DNA of 64,000 nucleotides from Acidobacteriota bacterium (GTDB lineage Bacteria; Acidobacteriota; Thermoanaerobaculia; Gp7-AA8): NCBI GenBank assembly GCA_019244185.1, contig JAFATB010000023.1, positions 499,446 to 563,445 of the forward strand, read 5' to 3'. Shown piece by piece: positions 7,138 to 17,964 of this stretch (position 1 is its first letter; each line of letters starts with the position of its first letter). The notes under the pieces were generated by a model. It saw only the letters and a program-made list of their open reading frames with translations, ran no database searches and was not told where the DNA came from. The position numbers and the translations under genes were made by a program.

Positions 7138-9957
7138 ATGACGACGATTCCTCCGACGACCGACGCACCCGCTCCCGCCCCCGCACCGCGTCCCCGCCGG
7201 CGCCGTCCGCGCGTCACGCGCCGCACGGTGTTCCGCGCGATCTCGTGGACGGTCGGCGCGCTGTTCCTCCTCATCCTCATCCTCGGCGTCTACATCTACC
7301 GCTCCGCGGTCGGCCGCTTTCAGGTGCGCAAGCTCCGCCTGCCGACGCGCATCTACGCCGACTTCACGCCGCTGCAGCCGGGCACGCGTCTCCACGCCGA
7401 CGACGTGCTCGAGAAGCTCGACCGCCTCGGCTACCGCGAGGCCGAGCGCGTCGAGAAACCGGGCGACTTCCAGCGCTCCAACGACGGGCTCGACATCTAC
7501 ACGCGCGCGTTCAACCGCGCGAACGACGACTATCCCGCGGTGCCGCTGCGCGTCACGTTCAACGGCGACGGCATCGAACAGGTCGTGTCGCTGAAGGAAG
7601 CGCGCCCGCTCGCGCGCGCGGCGCTCGAGCCGGAACTGCTGACGTCCGTGCTCAGCGAAGAGCTCGAGAACCGCAGTCCTGTGACGCTCGATCAGGTGCC
7701 GCAGTCGCTGCAGGACGCGGTCGTCGTCACCGAGGACGTGCGCTTCTGGCATCACCCCGGCGTCGATCCGATCGGCATCTTCCGCGCGGTGTTCCGCAAC
7801 GTGAAAGCGGGCGGCGTCTCGGAAGGCGCGTCGACCCTCACGCAGCAGCTCGTGAAGAACTACTACCTCACCAGCGAGCGCACGTTCAAACGGAAGATCG
7901 TCGAAGCGTTCATGGCGGTCATCCTCGACGCGCGCTATTCGAAGCGCGAGATCCTCGAGGCGTACCTCAACGACATTTACCTCGGCCGCAATCGTTCGAT
8001 CTCGATCCTCGGCGTCGGCGAAGCGGCGCGCTTCTACTTCGGCAAGCCGGTCTCGGAGCTCAACATCCAGGAGTCGGCGACGCTCGCCGGCATGATCCGC
8101 AGCCCGAACAACTACTCGCCGTTCAACAACCCCGAGCTGTCGATGAAGCGCCGCAACACCGTGCTGCAGCTGATGCTCAAGGAGAAGAAGATCACCCAGG
8201 CGCAGTACGACGCGGCACATGCGTCGAGCCTGCCGCGCAAGCCGTTCCGGCAGAAAACGGGACTCTCGTCGATCCCGTACTACGTCGACCGCGTGCTGCA
8301 GGAACTGCAGGATGACTACGGCATCGACGACGTCAAGGGGCGCGGACTGAAGATCTACACGGCCATCGACCTCGGCGCGCAGGACGCCGCCGCACGCGTC
8401 GTCGAGGCGAGCCTGCAGAGCATCGAGAAAGGCAACCGGCGGCTGCGCACGCATACGCCGGCGTTGCAGGGCGTGCTCATTCACGTCGACGTGCCGACCG
8501 GCGAGATCCGCGCGCTCGTCGGTGGCCGCAACTACGAGCGCTCGCAGTTCAACCGCGCGCTGAAGTCGAAGCGCCTCGTCGGCTCGCTGTTCAAGCCGTT
8601 CGTCTATCTCACGGCCTTCGAGCCGAGCCTTTCGAATCAGAACATCACGCCGGCGACGATGGTCAGCGACACGCGTTTCGTGCTCAAGCGGCGTTGGTCC
8701 GAGGACTGGTCGCCGCGCAACTACGACGGCCACTACGAAGGCAACGTGACCGTGCGCGAGGCGCTCGAGCATTCGCTCAACTCCGCGTCCGTGCGCATCG
8801 GACTCGCGTGCGGCATCGCGCCGATTCTCAAGACCGCGAAGACGCTCGGCGTCGACACGGAGCTCGACGACAGCAACCCGTCGATCCTCCTCGGCGCGGT
8901 CGGCATTCCGCCGATCGAGATGGCCGAGGCGTATTCGACGATCGCGCGGCAAGGCGCGCGCATGCCGCTGCGCGCGATCCGCTACGTGACGGACGATCGC
9001 GGCCGCGCGCTGAGCGGGCCCGAGGATGCGAAACCGTCGCAGGTGTTCCCGCAGCGCGACATCTATCTCATCACGCACGTGATGGAAGGCGTCGTCGAGC
9101 GCGGTACGGCAGCGGGGGCGCGGTCGATGGGCTTCCGCAAAACGGCGGCGGGCAAGACCGGCACGACGAACGACAAGCGCGACGCGTGGTTCATCGGCTT
9201 CACGCCGCAGACGCTCACGGCGACGTGGGTCGGCTTCGACGACAACACGCCGACGGGCCTCGCCGGCGGCGACGCGGCGGTGCCGATGTGGACGCGCTAC
9301 ATGCTCGCGGTCACGGCGAACGAGCGAAACGCCGCGTTCCCGGTGCCGCCGGGCGTGACGTTCGCGGAAGTCGACAAGATGAGCGGCGGACTGGCCACGC
9401 CGTACTGCCCCGCGAACGCCGTGGTCAACGAGGCGTTCAAGGAAGGGACGCAGCCGACGCAGGCCTGCTCGCTCCACAGCGTCACGAATCCGAACCCCGT
9501 CATTCCGATGTACGACGAGTTCGGGAACCTCATCACCACCAACACCGCGCCGCCGCCTCCGCCGGAGCTGCCGCCGTCGTCCGCGACGGAGCCCGACTCG
9601 ACGCTCACCGGCGGCATCTTCCGCACCGACACGAATCCGGCCGCGCAGGAGCCGCCGCCGGCGTCGCAACCGCCGCAGCAACGGCCGCCCGACCGTCAGC
9701 CGCCGCCCGAACGCCAGCCGCCGCCCACCACGACCGAACCGCCGCCCGAGCCGACGCAGACGGACACGGACGCGGAGCCGCCGCCGACGTCGACCGACAC
9801 GATCGGCGGCAATGCCGGTCGCAATCCCGATCGCACGGTGGCGGACGTATCATGGCCGCATGGCGGACGAAGTGAAGAACAGGCTGCGCAACTGGGGCAT
9901 CGACGTCGACCGCTTCGAGGAGCGCGCGAAGGAATCGCTGCAGAACGCGCGCGGTGA
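7138..9957 (+). CDS. mrcB: Class A penicillin-binding protein (PBP1B-like transglycosylase/transpeptidase) with Pro-rich tail
   Basis: TM anchor, UB2H-like region, EDVRFWHHPGVD, GASTLTQQLVKN, SxxK (GSLFKP), SLN, KTG motifs. Confidence 0.9.
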   Translation: MTTIPPTTDAPAPAPAPRPRRRRPRVTRRTVFRAISWTVGALFLLILILGVYIYRSAVGRFQVRKLRLPTRIYADFTPLQPGTRLHADDVLEKLDRLGYREAERVEKPGDFQRSNDGLDIYTRAFNRANDDYPAVPLRVTFNGDGIEQVVSLKEARPLARAALEPELLTSVLSEELENRSPVTLDQVPQSLQDAVVVTEDVRFWHHPGVDPIGIFRAVFRNVKAGGVSEGASTLTQQLVKNYYLTSERTFKRKIVEAFMAVILDARYSKREILEAYLNDIYLGRNRSISILGVGEAARFYFGKPVSELNIQESATLAGMIRSPNNYSPFNNPELSMKRRNTVLQLMLKEKKITQAQYDAAHASSLPRKPFRQKTGLSSIPYYVDRVLQELQDDYGIDDVKGRGLKIYTAIDLGAQDAAARVVEASLQSIEKGNRRLRTHTPALQGVLIHVDVPTGEIRALVGGRNYERSQFNRALKSKRLVGSLFKPFVYLTAFEPSLSNQNITPATMVSDTRFVLKRRWSEDWSPRNYDGHYEGNVTVREALEHSLNSASVRIGLACGIAPILKTAKTLGVDTELDDSNPSILLGAVGIPPIEMAEAYSTIARQGARMPLRAIRYVTDDRGRALSGPEDAKPSQVFPQRDIYLITHVMEGVVERGTAAGARSMGFRKTAAGKTGTTNDKRDAWFIGFTPQTLTATWVGFDDNTPTGLAGGDAAVPMWTRYMLAVTANERNAAFPVPPGVTFAEVDKMSGGLATPYCPANAVVNEAFKEGTQPTQACSLHSVTNPNPVIPMYDEFGNLITTNTAPPPPPELPPSSATEPDSTLTGGIFRTDTNPAAQEPPPASQPPQQRPPDRQPPPERQPPPTTTEPPPEPTQTDTDAEPPPTSTDTIGGNAGRNPDRTVADVSWPHGGRSEEQAAQLGHRRRPLRGAREGIAAERAR

Positions 9958-10201
9958 TCTCTCGGAGATCACCGGCACGCTGCGCCACACGCTGATCGAG
10001 GCGAAGGACGTCCTGGTCGGCCTGCACGCGAACGGCGCGCCCGTCGCCGCCGAGCTGAAGTCGGGCTTCGAGCGCGCATGGCAGGAGATCGAGCGCGCGT
10101 TCTCATCGGCGCGGCAGAAGGCGAAAGATGCTGTGCATTCTGATGACGCGCCGCCGCTCGACGAGACGACGGGCGAAACGAACAACAACGATGAACGCTG
10201 A
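9860..10201 (+). CDS. Hypothetical helical protein
   Basis: MADEVKNRLRNWGIDVDRFEE...; host-like codon usage; TATCAT 6 nt upstream of ATG. Confidence 0.65.
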   Translation: MADEVKNRLRNWGIDVDRFEERAKESLQNARGDLSEITGTLRHTLIEAKDVLVGLHANGAPVAAELKSGFERAWQEIERAFSSARQKAKDAVHSDDAPPLDETTGETNNNDER

Positions 10202-10316
10202 AGAAGCGTTCGCTGGTTGCTTCCGTTCGAAGGGACGCTGATTCCCTTGTTTGACTTCTCTCCGTACGTCATGTTCTCCTTCCGATATCCGTCCGAAGGA
10301 TCCTCTGCACCGTTGC

Positions 10317-11921
10317 ATGGCTTTCATCGCTGTGCCGTTGTTCCTCTCCACGATCTCGGCGTTCGCGGTGGTACCCGAGGTTGTCTTTCCCGTTCTCGCC
10401 GGCACGATTGACGGTCGGACGTACCGCACGACCGTCGATGTCCGTGGCGCCTCGGCCGCCGACTGCACGTTCGAGCTCGTACGACCCGGTGGCGCGATTC
10501 TCCGTTCGGTCGTACACATCGAGCCCGATGAGCCGAAAGTGTTCGACGAATTTGCCACCGACTTTCAACCGCTCGCGACGACGGTCCGCGTGTCCTGCAC
10601 CGGTGCGGTCGATGTTCACAGTCGCATCCACGAGTCGACGGACGGCGGCATTACGTTCGACGACGGTGCGCTGTATCGAGCCTCTGCTGCCGAACCTTTC
10701 GTTGCAGGTCAAACCATCGCAACGCCGATCACGGGTGACTTCATCGTTGCCGAAGTCGGCGGCGCACCCGTTCGCGTCGCGGCGACGTTGACGGCTACGG
10801 TATCGGGGCGCGTTTTGGAGCGAGTGTATGAGTTGGGTCCCCGCGCTCAGCACTCCGTCGCGATCGTGGCTGCGCTCCGAACCCTTGGCTCGATCGATGG
10901 GCGATTTGCAATCGAAGGCGAAGGACGAGTGATCGTCTTCCGCGCCATAACGGATATCGCCGTGGCGAACATCGCTCAACGTGGCCGCAGCAGGCAGGGA
11001 ATCGCGTCAGATCCTCAGCCGCCGTCGATGACGAGGCAACTATTGATCTCGTCCTTCAAAGCGGCTCCATTCCAGGAACCGGCGACGGGCCTTGTGTTTA
11101 TGCGCGGTCGCTGGTACGACCTTTCGACCGGGACGTTTCTCACGCCCGATCCCCAGGGTTTCGCCGATTCATCCAATCTTTACGCCTTCGGCAAAGGCGA
11201 TCCTGTGGACACGAGTGATCCCACCGGCCGCCTGGTGCGATTCACCGGCAAGGATCCATGGGGCGATTTTTTCCTCTTCCGCGGCAGCCTGCACAATCCC
11301 GCTGCAGCGGCACTCCTTACGCTTCAGGGAGACTCGAAACACGGGTACGTTCTGGGGCTGCGACCGGGCGTTACGAAAGCTCAGTTTCTTGCAACAGCGA
11401 TCCCGGATCCACCTACCTATCGATCTGATCTCGCGGCGCAGGGCATCCCGCTTCCGAAGGACCGCCGAACCGTCGAAGAGAAAGTCTTCGACCTGATCAG
11501 CAGTATGCACATCACCGAGTTTGAAACGGGGGACAGTCTTACCCGTCTGTCTTCGTGGCCGTTCTCCTGGTTCGCACGGACACGCACATTTCAGGAAGCC
11601 ACGAGTCGATACGGCGGCGCAATGACGCTCGAGCCATCCGAGACTCCGTCCGGCAACACCGCCATTGCCGTCAATCCTCTGGAAATCAACAATGGGAGCG
11701 CGTGGGCAGCGACCGCCGCGTATCACCTGGCCTATGACCCCGAAATCGCAGTCATCCACGAGTTCGGCCATGCGCTTGCCTATCACGACAACAACGTGCC
11801 GTGTTTTCAGATGTGGTCCGTTTACTTCGAGAATCAGGTTCGCGCGCGGCGCGGTGAACGGCTCTTTCGCACATCGGAACGTCCTCTCCGGAACGATCCA
11901 AAGACGCTAATCTGTCCCTGA
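10317..11921 (+). CDS. RHS repeat-associated core protein lacking YD repeats, with signal peptide and C-terminal HExxH metallopeptidase-like toxin domain
   Basis: Core motif TGLVFMRGRWYDLSTGTFLTPDPQG...NLYAFGKGDPVDTSDPTG; tip contains HEFGH...ENQVRARRG; N-terminal hydrophobic leader ending SAFA. Confidence 0.8.
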   Translation: MAFIAVPLFLSTISAFAVVPEVVFPVLAGTIDGRTYRTTVDVRGASAADCTFELVRPGGAILRSVVHIEPDEPKVFDEFATDFQPLATTVRVSCTGAVDVHSRIHESTDGGITFDDGALYRASAAEPFVAGQTIATPITGDFIVAEVGGAPVRVAATLTATVSGRVLERVYELGPRAQHSVAIVAALRTLGSIDGRFAIEGEGRVIVFRAITDIAVANIAQRGRSRQGIASDPQPPSMTRQLLISSFKAAPFQEPATGLVFMRGRWYDLSTGTFLTPDPQGFADSSNLYAFGKGDPVDTSDPTGRLVRFTGKDPWGDFFLFRGSLHNPAAAALLTLQGDSKHGYVLGLRPGVTKAQFLATAIPDPPTYRSDLAAQGIPLPKDRRTVEEKVFDLISSMHITEFETGDSLTRLSSWPFSWFARTRTFQEATSRYGGAMTLEPSETPSGNTAIAVNPLEINNGSAWAATAAYHLAYDPEIAVIHEFGHALAYHDNNVPCFQMWSVYFENQVRARRGERLFRTSERPLRNDPKTLICP

Positions 11922-12574
11922 TGCGTCGAGCATTTACCTGGCTCGGTACACTCCTGAACGCCGCGCTGATCGGCGTGTGCATGTGGCCCGCCGAGCACTC
12001 GCTGCTACTCTTCGCTGTGGTCGCGGCTGCCGTTCTCGTGAGCCTTTCATGCGACTCCACGATCCTGGAAGCGTCTGCGACGACGCTCGGAGTCGTCGCG
12101 GCCACGGTGCTCGCCGAGCCGGCGCTCGCCATATCCCGCGGTTCATTCGATGTGCGCATCGCATGGGCAGCGATCCTCGCAGCGGTTCTTTTTCGCTCCA
12201 ACCCCAGGATTCGTGTGCACAGCCTCGTCACCGCCGCAGTCATTGCGGTGACGATCATCCCGCCGTCCGATACGAGTCTCCTCATCGTTTCGCCGCCGGT
12301 TCTTCTACAGGTCGTCGTGTGTTTGGTCGCGATCTCGCTGCAAGCGTTCGATCACCGAACGCGCCGTTGGTGGCCAGCGTATCGAATCGCGGAGCCGCTT
12401 CTCGTGGTGGCTCTCGCCAGCGCATTCGTTCTGCCCTTCGCTCACAACGGCCTCACGCTTTCCGAGCTGGTTGCGTGGCATGTTTACGTCGGTGTTGCCG
12501 CTTCGCTCATCGCGTTCGTCGACGAGCTGCTGATGCGCTTCGGACCACGCCAGCAGTCGCGCGCAGGAGAATGA
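11921..12574 (+). CDS. Multi-pass membrane protein, putative immunity protein
   Basis: TGATG overlap with the RHS stop; about 7-8 hydrophobic segments; same atypical composition as the RHS gene. Confidence 0.6.
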   Translation: MRRAFTWLGTLLNAALIGVCMWPAEHSLLLFAVVAAAVLVSLSCDSTILEASATTLGVVAATVLAEPALAISRGSFDVRIAWAAILAAVLFRSNPRIRVHSLVTAAVIAVTIIPPSDTSLLIVSPPVLLQVVVCLVAISLQAFDHRTRRWWPAYRIAEPLLVVALASAFVLPFAHNGLTLSELVAWHVYVGVAASLIAFVDELLMRFGPRQQSRAGE

Positions 12575-12633
12575 CGCCCTGCCGCCCTTCCTCCCTCATC
12601 GTTCCTCGTTCATCGTTACAATGAGCCATCCCG

Positions 12634-13806
12634 ATGCTCACCCGCGCCAGCACCCTTCTGCTCGCACTGCTCGTGCTCAACGTGCTGCTGGGCGTGGTCT
12701 GCCTCATCGTCGCGCGTGGTGAGCGGCGCTCGCGCGCGCTGCGTTTGTGGGGGTGGGGACTGCTCGTGTATTCGGTGGGCATCCTCATCACGATTCCCGC
12801 ATCGCTGCCGTTCGATCTGCGGAAGATCGTCGGCAACGGGCTGATCGCGTTCGCGCCGATCCTCACCATCGAAGGCGCGATCTCGCACACGCGGCATCGT
12901 CTGAACCGCCGCTGGGTCGGCGCCGGCTTCGCGCTGACGATGCTCGTGCTGCTGTGGAACCACTTCGGCGGCCACTACGAGGTGCTCGTCGACATCCTCG
13001 CGCCGGCGCAGATCGCGAACATCCTCTTCGCCGTCGCCGCGTACTGGCTCGTCACCGATCCGCCGTCGGATGCGAAGGCCGCGTCGCGTTTCGTGGCGGC
13101 GTCGTTCGTTTCGTCGATCGCGATCTGGTCGCTGCGGATGTATAGCATCTGGTCGTCGATCGGCGTGACGAACGACCGCGAGCGCGCCGATCTCACCATC
13201 GCCCTCTTCGGCATCGCGCAGATGGTGATCGCCGTCGGCACGACGCTCGGCCTGCTCTGGATCGAAGTGCGGAAGATGGAGGCGACGCTGCGGCGCCTCG
13301 CCGATCTCGATCCGCTCACGGGCTTGCCGAACCGCCGCGCGACCGTCGCGCGCTTCGAGGATGAGGCGCGCCGCGCGGAACGGATGCGCCGCGACTTCGG
13401 ACTCGTGGTCTTCGACGTCGATCACTTCAAGCAGGTCAACGACACGCACGGACATCTCGTCGGCGACGCCGCGCTGCGCCACGTCGCGGCGGTGCTGCGC
13501 GATCACGTGCGCGGCGGCGACGTGGTCGGTCGCATCGGCGGCGAGGAGTTCGTCGTGTTGATCACCGACGAGCGCGCCGACGGCGCCATCGCCGCCGCCA
13601 ACCGCCTGCGCGCCGCGCTCGAGGCGACGCCGCTCAACCGCGGACTCGCCATCACCATGAGCGGCGGCCTGGCGATGTTTCCCGCGGACGGCCGCGACTG
13701 GGACGAGCTGTTCGGCGTCGCCGATCAGCGGCTCTACGCGGCGAAACACAACGGCCGCAATCGCGTGGAAGCGCCGGTGCGGCCCGCGCTCGTCGCCAGC
13801 GCCTAA
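12634..13806 (+). CDS. Membrane-bound diguanylate cyclase (GGDEF)
   Basis: About 7 TM N-terminus; DPLTGLPNRR, DVDHFKQVNDTHGH, RxxD I-site (RGGD), GGEEF. Confidence 0.9.
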   Translation: MLTRASTLLLALLVLNVLLGVVCLIVARGERRSRALRLWGWGLLVYSVGILITIPASLPFDLRKIVGNGLIAFAPILTIEGAISHTRHRLNRRWVGAGFALTMLVLLWNHFGGHYEVLVDILAPAQIANILFAVAAYWLVTDPPSDAKAASRFVAASFVSSIAIWSLRMYSIWSSIGVTNDRERADLTIALFGIAQMVIAVGTTLGLLWIEVRKMEATLRRLADLDPLTGLPNRRATVARFEDEARRAERMRRDFGLVVFDVDHFKQVNDTHGHLVGDAALRHVAAVLRDHVRGGDVVGRIGGEEFVVLITDERADGAIAAANRLRAALEATPLNRGLAITMSGGLAMFPADGRDWDELFGVADQRLYAAKHNGRNRVEAPVRPALVASA

Positions 13807-13818
13807 CCGCGCTACGCG

Positions 13819-15171
13819 CTACGCGGTGCGCTGCATCAGCCGCTCGAGCTCGCCGATGTCGAGCGGCTTGTAGAGCAAGCCGGAGACGACGTCTTCATCC
13901 GCGACGCTGAGCTTCTGGTTCTTCACGCCGGTGACGATGTAGATGCGCTGCGGCCGCCCGGTGGGACGCGTGCGCAGGAAGTCGAGCACGCCCCAGCCGT
14001 CGACGCGCGGCATGAGCAGGTCGAGAAAGATGTAGCCGTACTGGTTCTGCTTGAGCAGCTTCACCGCGTCCGCGCCGTTTGTCGCCTCGTCGACGTCGTA
14101 CTCGTAGCGCTGCAGCACGCCGCGCAAGAGGAAGCGCGTCGCCGGATCGTCGTCGGCCACGAGCGCGCGGCGGATGGCGGCGCGCGGCACGGGCGTCGAC
14201 GACGGCAGCGGCGTGCGTCGCGGATCGGGCGCGGGCGTCGCGCCGGACGGCGTCGCGGGCGATGATGACTGCGACGGCTGCTGCGCGCGCGGCGGCTCAT
14301 CGTACGAATCGCTCTTCCGCACCGCGATCGTCGGCACCGACGACTGCCGCGCGCGGCGCGGATCCTCGCGTACGGCGGCGAGCGCGGCGCGCAGTTCCTC
14401 GCACGAGGCGAAGCGGTCCTGCGGCTCTTTCTTCATGCAGCGCCGGACGATGGCCGCGAGCTGCGACGGAATGCCCGCCGCCGCGATGGCGATGTCGCGC
14501 GGCTCGTTCATCACGATCTTGAGCAGGATCTCGGTCAGCGCCTCGCCGGTGAACGGCTTCTGTCCCGACAGCATCTCGTACAGCACGACGCCGAGGGAGA
14601 AGATGTCCGTGCGCGCGTCGAGCGTGCGGCCGAGGGCTTGTTCCGGCGACATGTAGTGCGGCGTGCCCACCACCATCCCGCCCTGCGTCAGCGACGGATC
14701 GGCGGTGCCGCCGACCTGCTTCGCCACGCCGAAGTCGAGGATCTTCACGTGACGCGGCGCGATGATGATGTTGTCCGGCTTGATGTCGCGGTGAATGATC
14801 CCTTTCGCGTGCGCCTCGGACAACCCGTCCGCGACGTGCACGCCGACGCGGATCGCATCCTCCGGCAGCAGCGGCCCGCGCGCGATCATCGCGCCGACCG
14901 ACTCGCCTTCGACGAGCTCCATGGCGATGAAGAGCGTCTCCCCTTCTTCCTCGATCGCGTAAATCGTGGCGATGTTCGGATGATTCAACTGCGCGACCGT
15001 GCGTGCTTCGCGCAGGAACCGTTCCTTCCACTCCGGGTCCGCCGCCAGCTCGGCGGGAAGAATCTTGATCGCGACGGCGCGCAGCAGCTTCTTGTCTTCC
15101 GCGCGCCAGACGTCGCCCATGCCTCCGGTGCCGAGGCGCGCAATTAGTCGATACGATCCGAGGTCTGCCAT
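13819..15171 (-). CDS. Hanks-type Ser/Thr protein kinase fused to a C-terminal receiver (REC) domain
   Basis: LGTGGMGDVW, VAIK, HRDIKPDN, DFG, GTPHYMSPE; C-terminal ADDD...FLDLLMP...VTG...KP. Confidence 0.9.
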   Translation of the reverse strand: MADLGSYRLIARLGTGGMGDVWRAEDKKLLRAVAIKILPAELAADPEWKERFLREARTVAQLNHPNIATIYAIEEEGETLFIAMELVEGESVGAMIARGPLLPEDAIRVGVHVADGLSEAHAKGIIHRDIKPDNIIIAPRHVKILDFGVAKQVGGTADPSLTQGGMVVGTPHYMSPEQALGRTLDARTDIFSLGVVLYEMLSGQKPFTGEALTEILLKIVMNEPRDIAIAAAGIPSQLAAIVRRCMKKEPQDRFASCEELRAALAAVREDPRRARQSSVPTIAVRKSDSYDEPPRAQQPSQSSSPATPSGATPAPDPRRTPLPSSTPVPRAAIRRALVADDDPATRFLLRGVLQRYEYDVDEATNGADAVKLLKQNQYGYIFLDLLMPRVDGWGVLDFLRTRPTGRPQRIYIVTGVKNQKLSVADEDVVSGLLYKPLDIGELERLMQRTA

Positions 15172-15200
15172 GTCCCGAAGTAACGATAGCGGAAAACGAG

Positions 15201-17912
<2,712 letters not shown>

Positions 17913-17964
17913 GGAGGGATGTGCGGCAATTGTAGCGCGCGCGGATTCGCTCGCGCCGCGCGCG

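Larger units (their letters stand above)
10187..12617. mobile_element. Lower-GC toxin/immunity islet bounded by 11-bp inverted repeats
   Basis: AACGATGAACG (10187-10197) and CGTTCATCGTT (12607-12617); interior about 60% GC in hand-counted lines versus about 68-70% in flanks; no mobility gene. Confidence 0.4.

Noticed and set aside
6448-9681. Long opposite-strand or alternative-frame ORFs (also 17581..20931, 26307..29153, 28856..32077, 33084..36590, 44338..47043)
   Set aside because: Arg/Ala-rich, motif-less shadows of well-supported genes.
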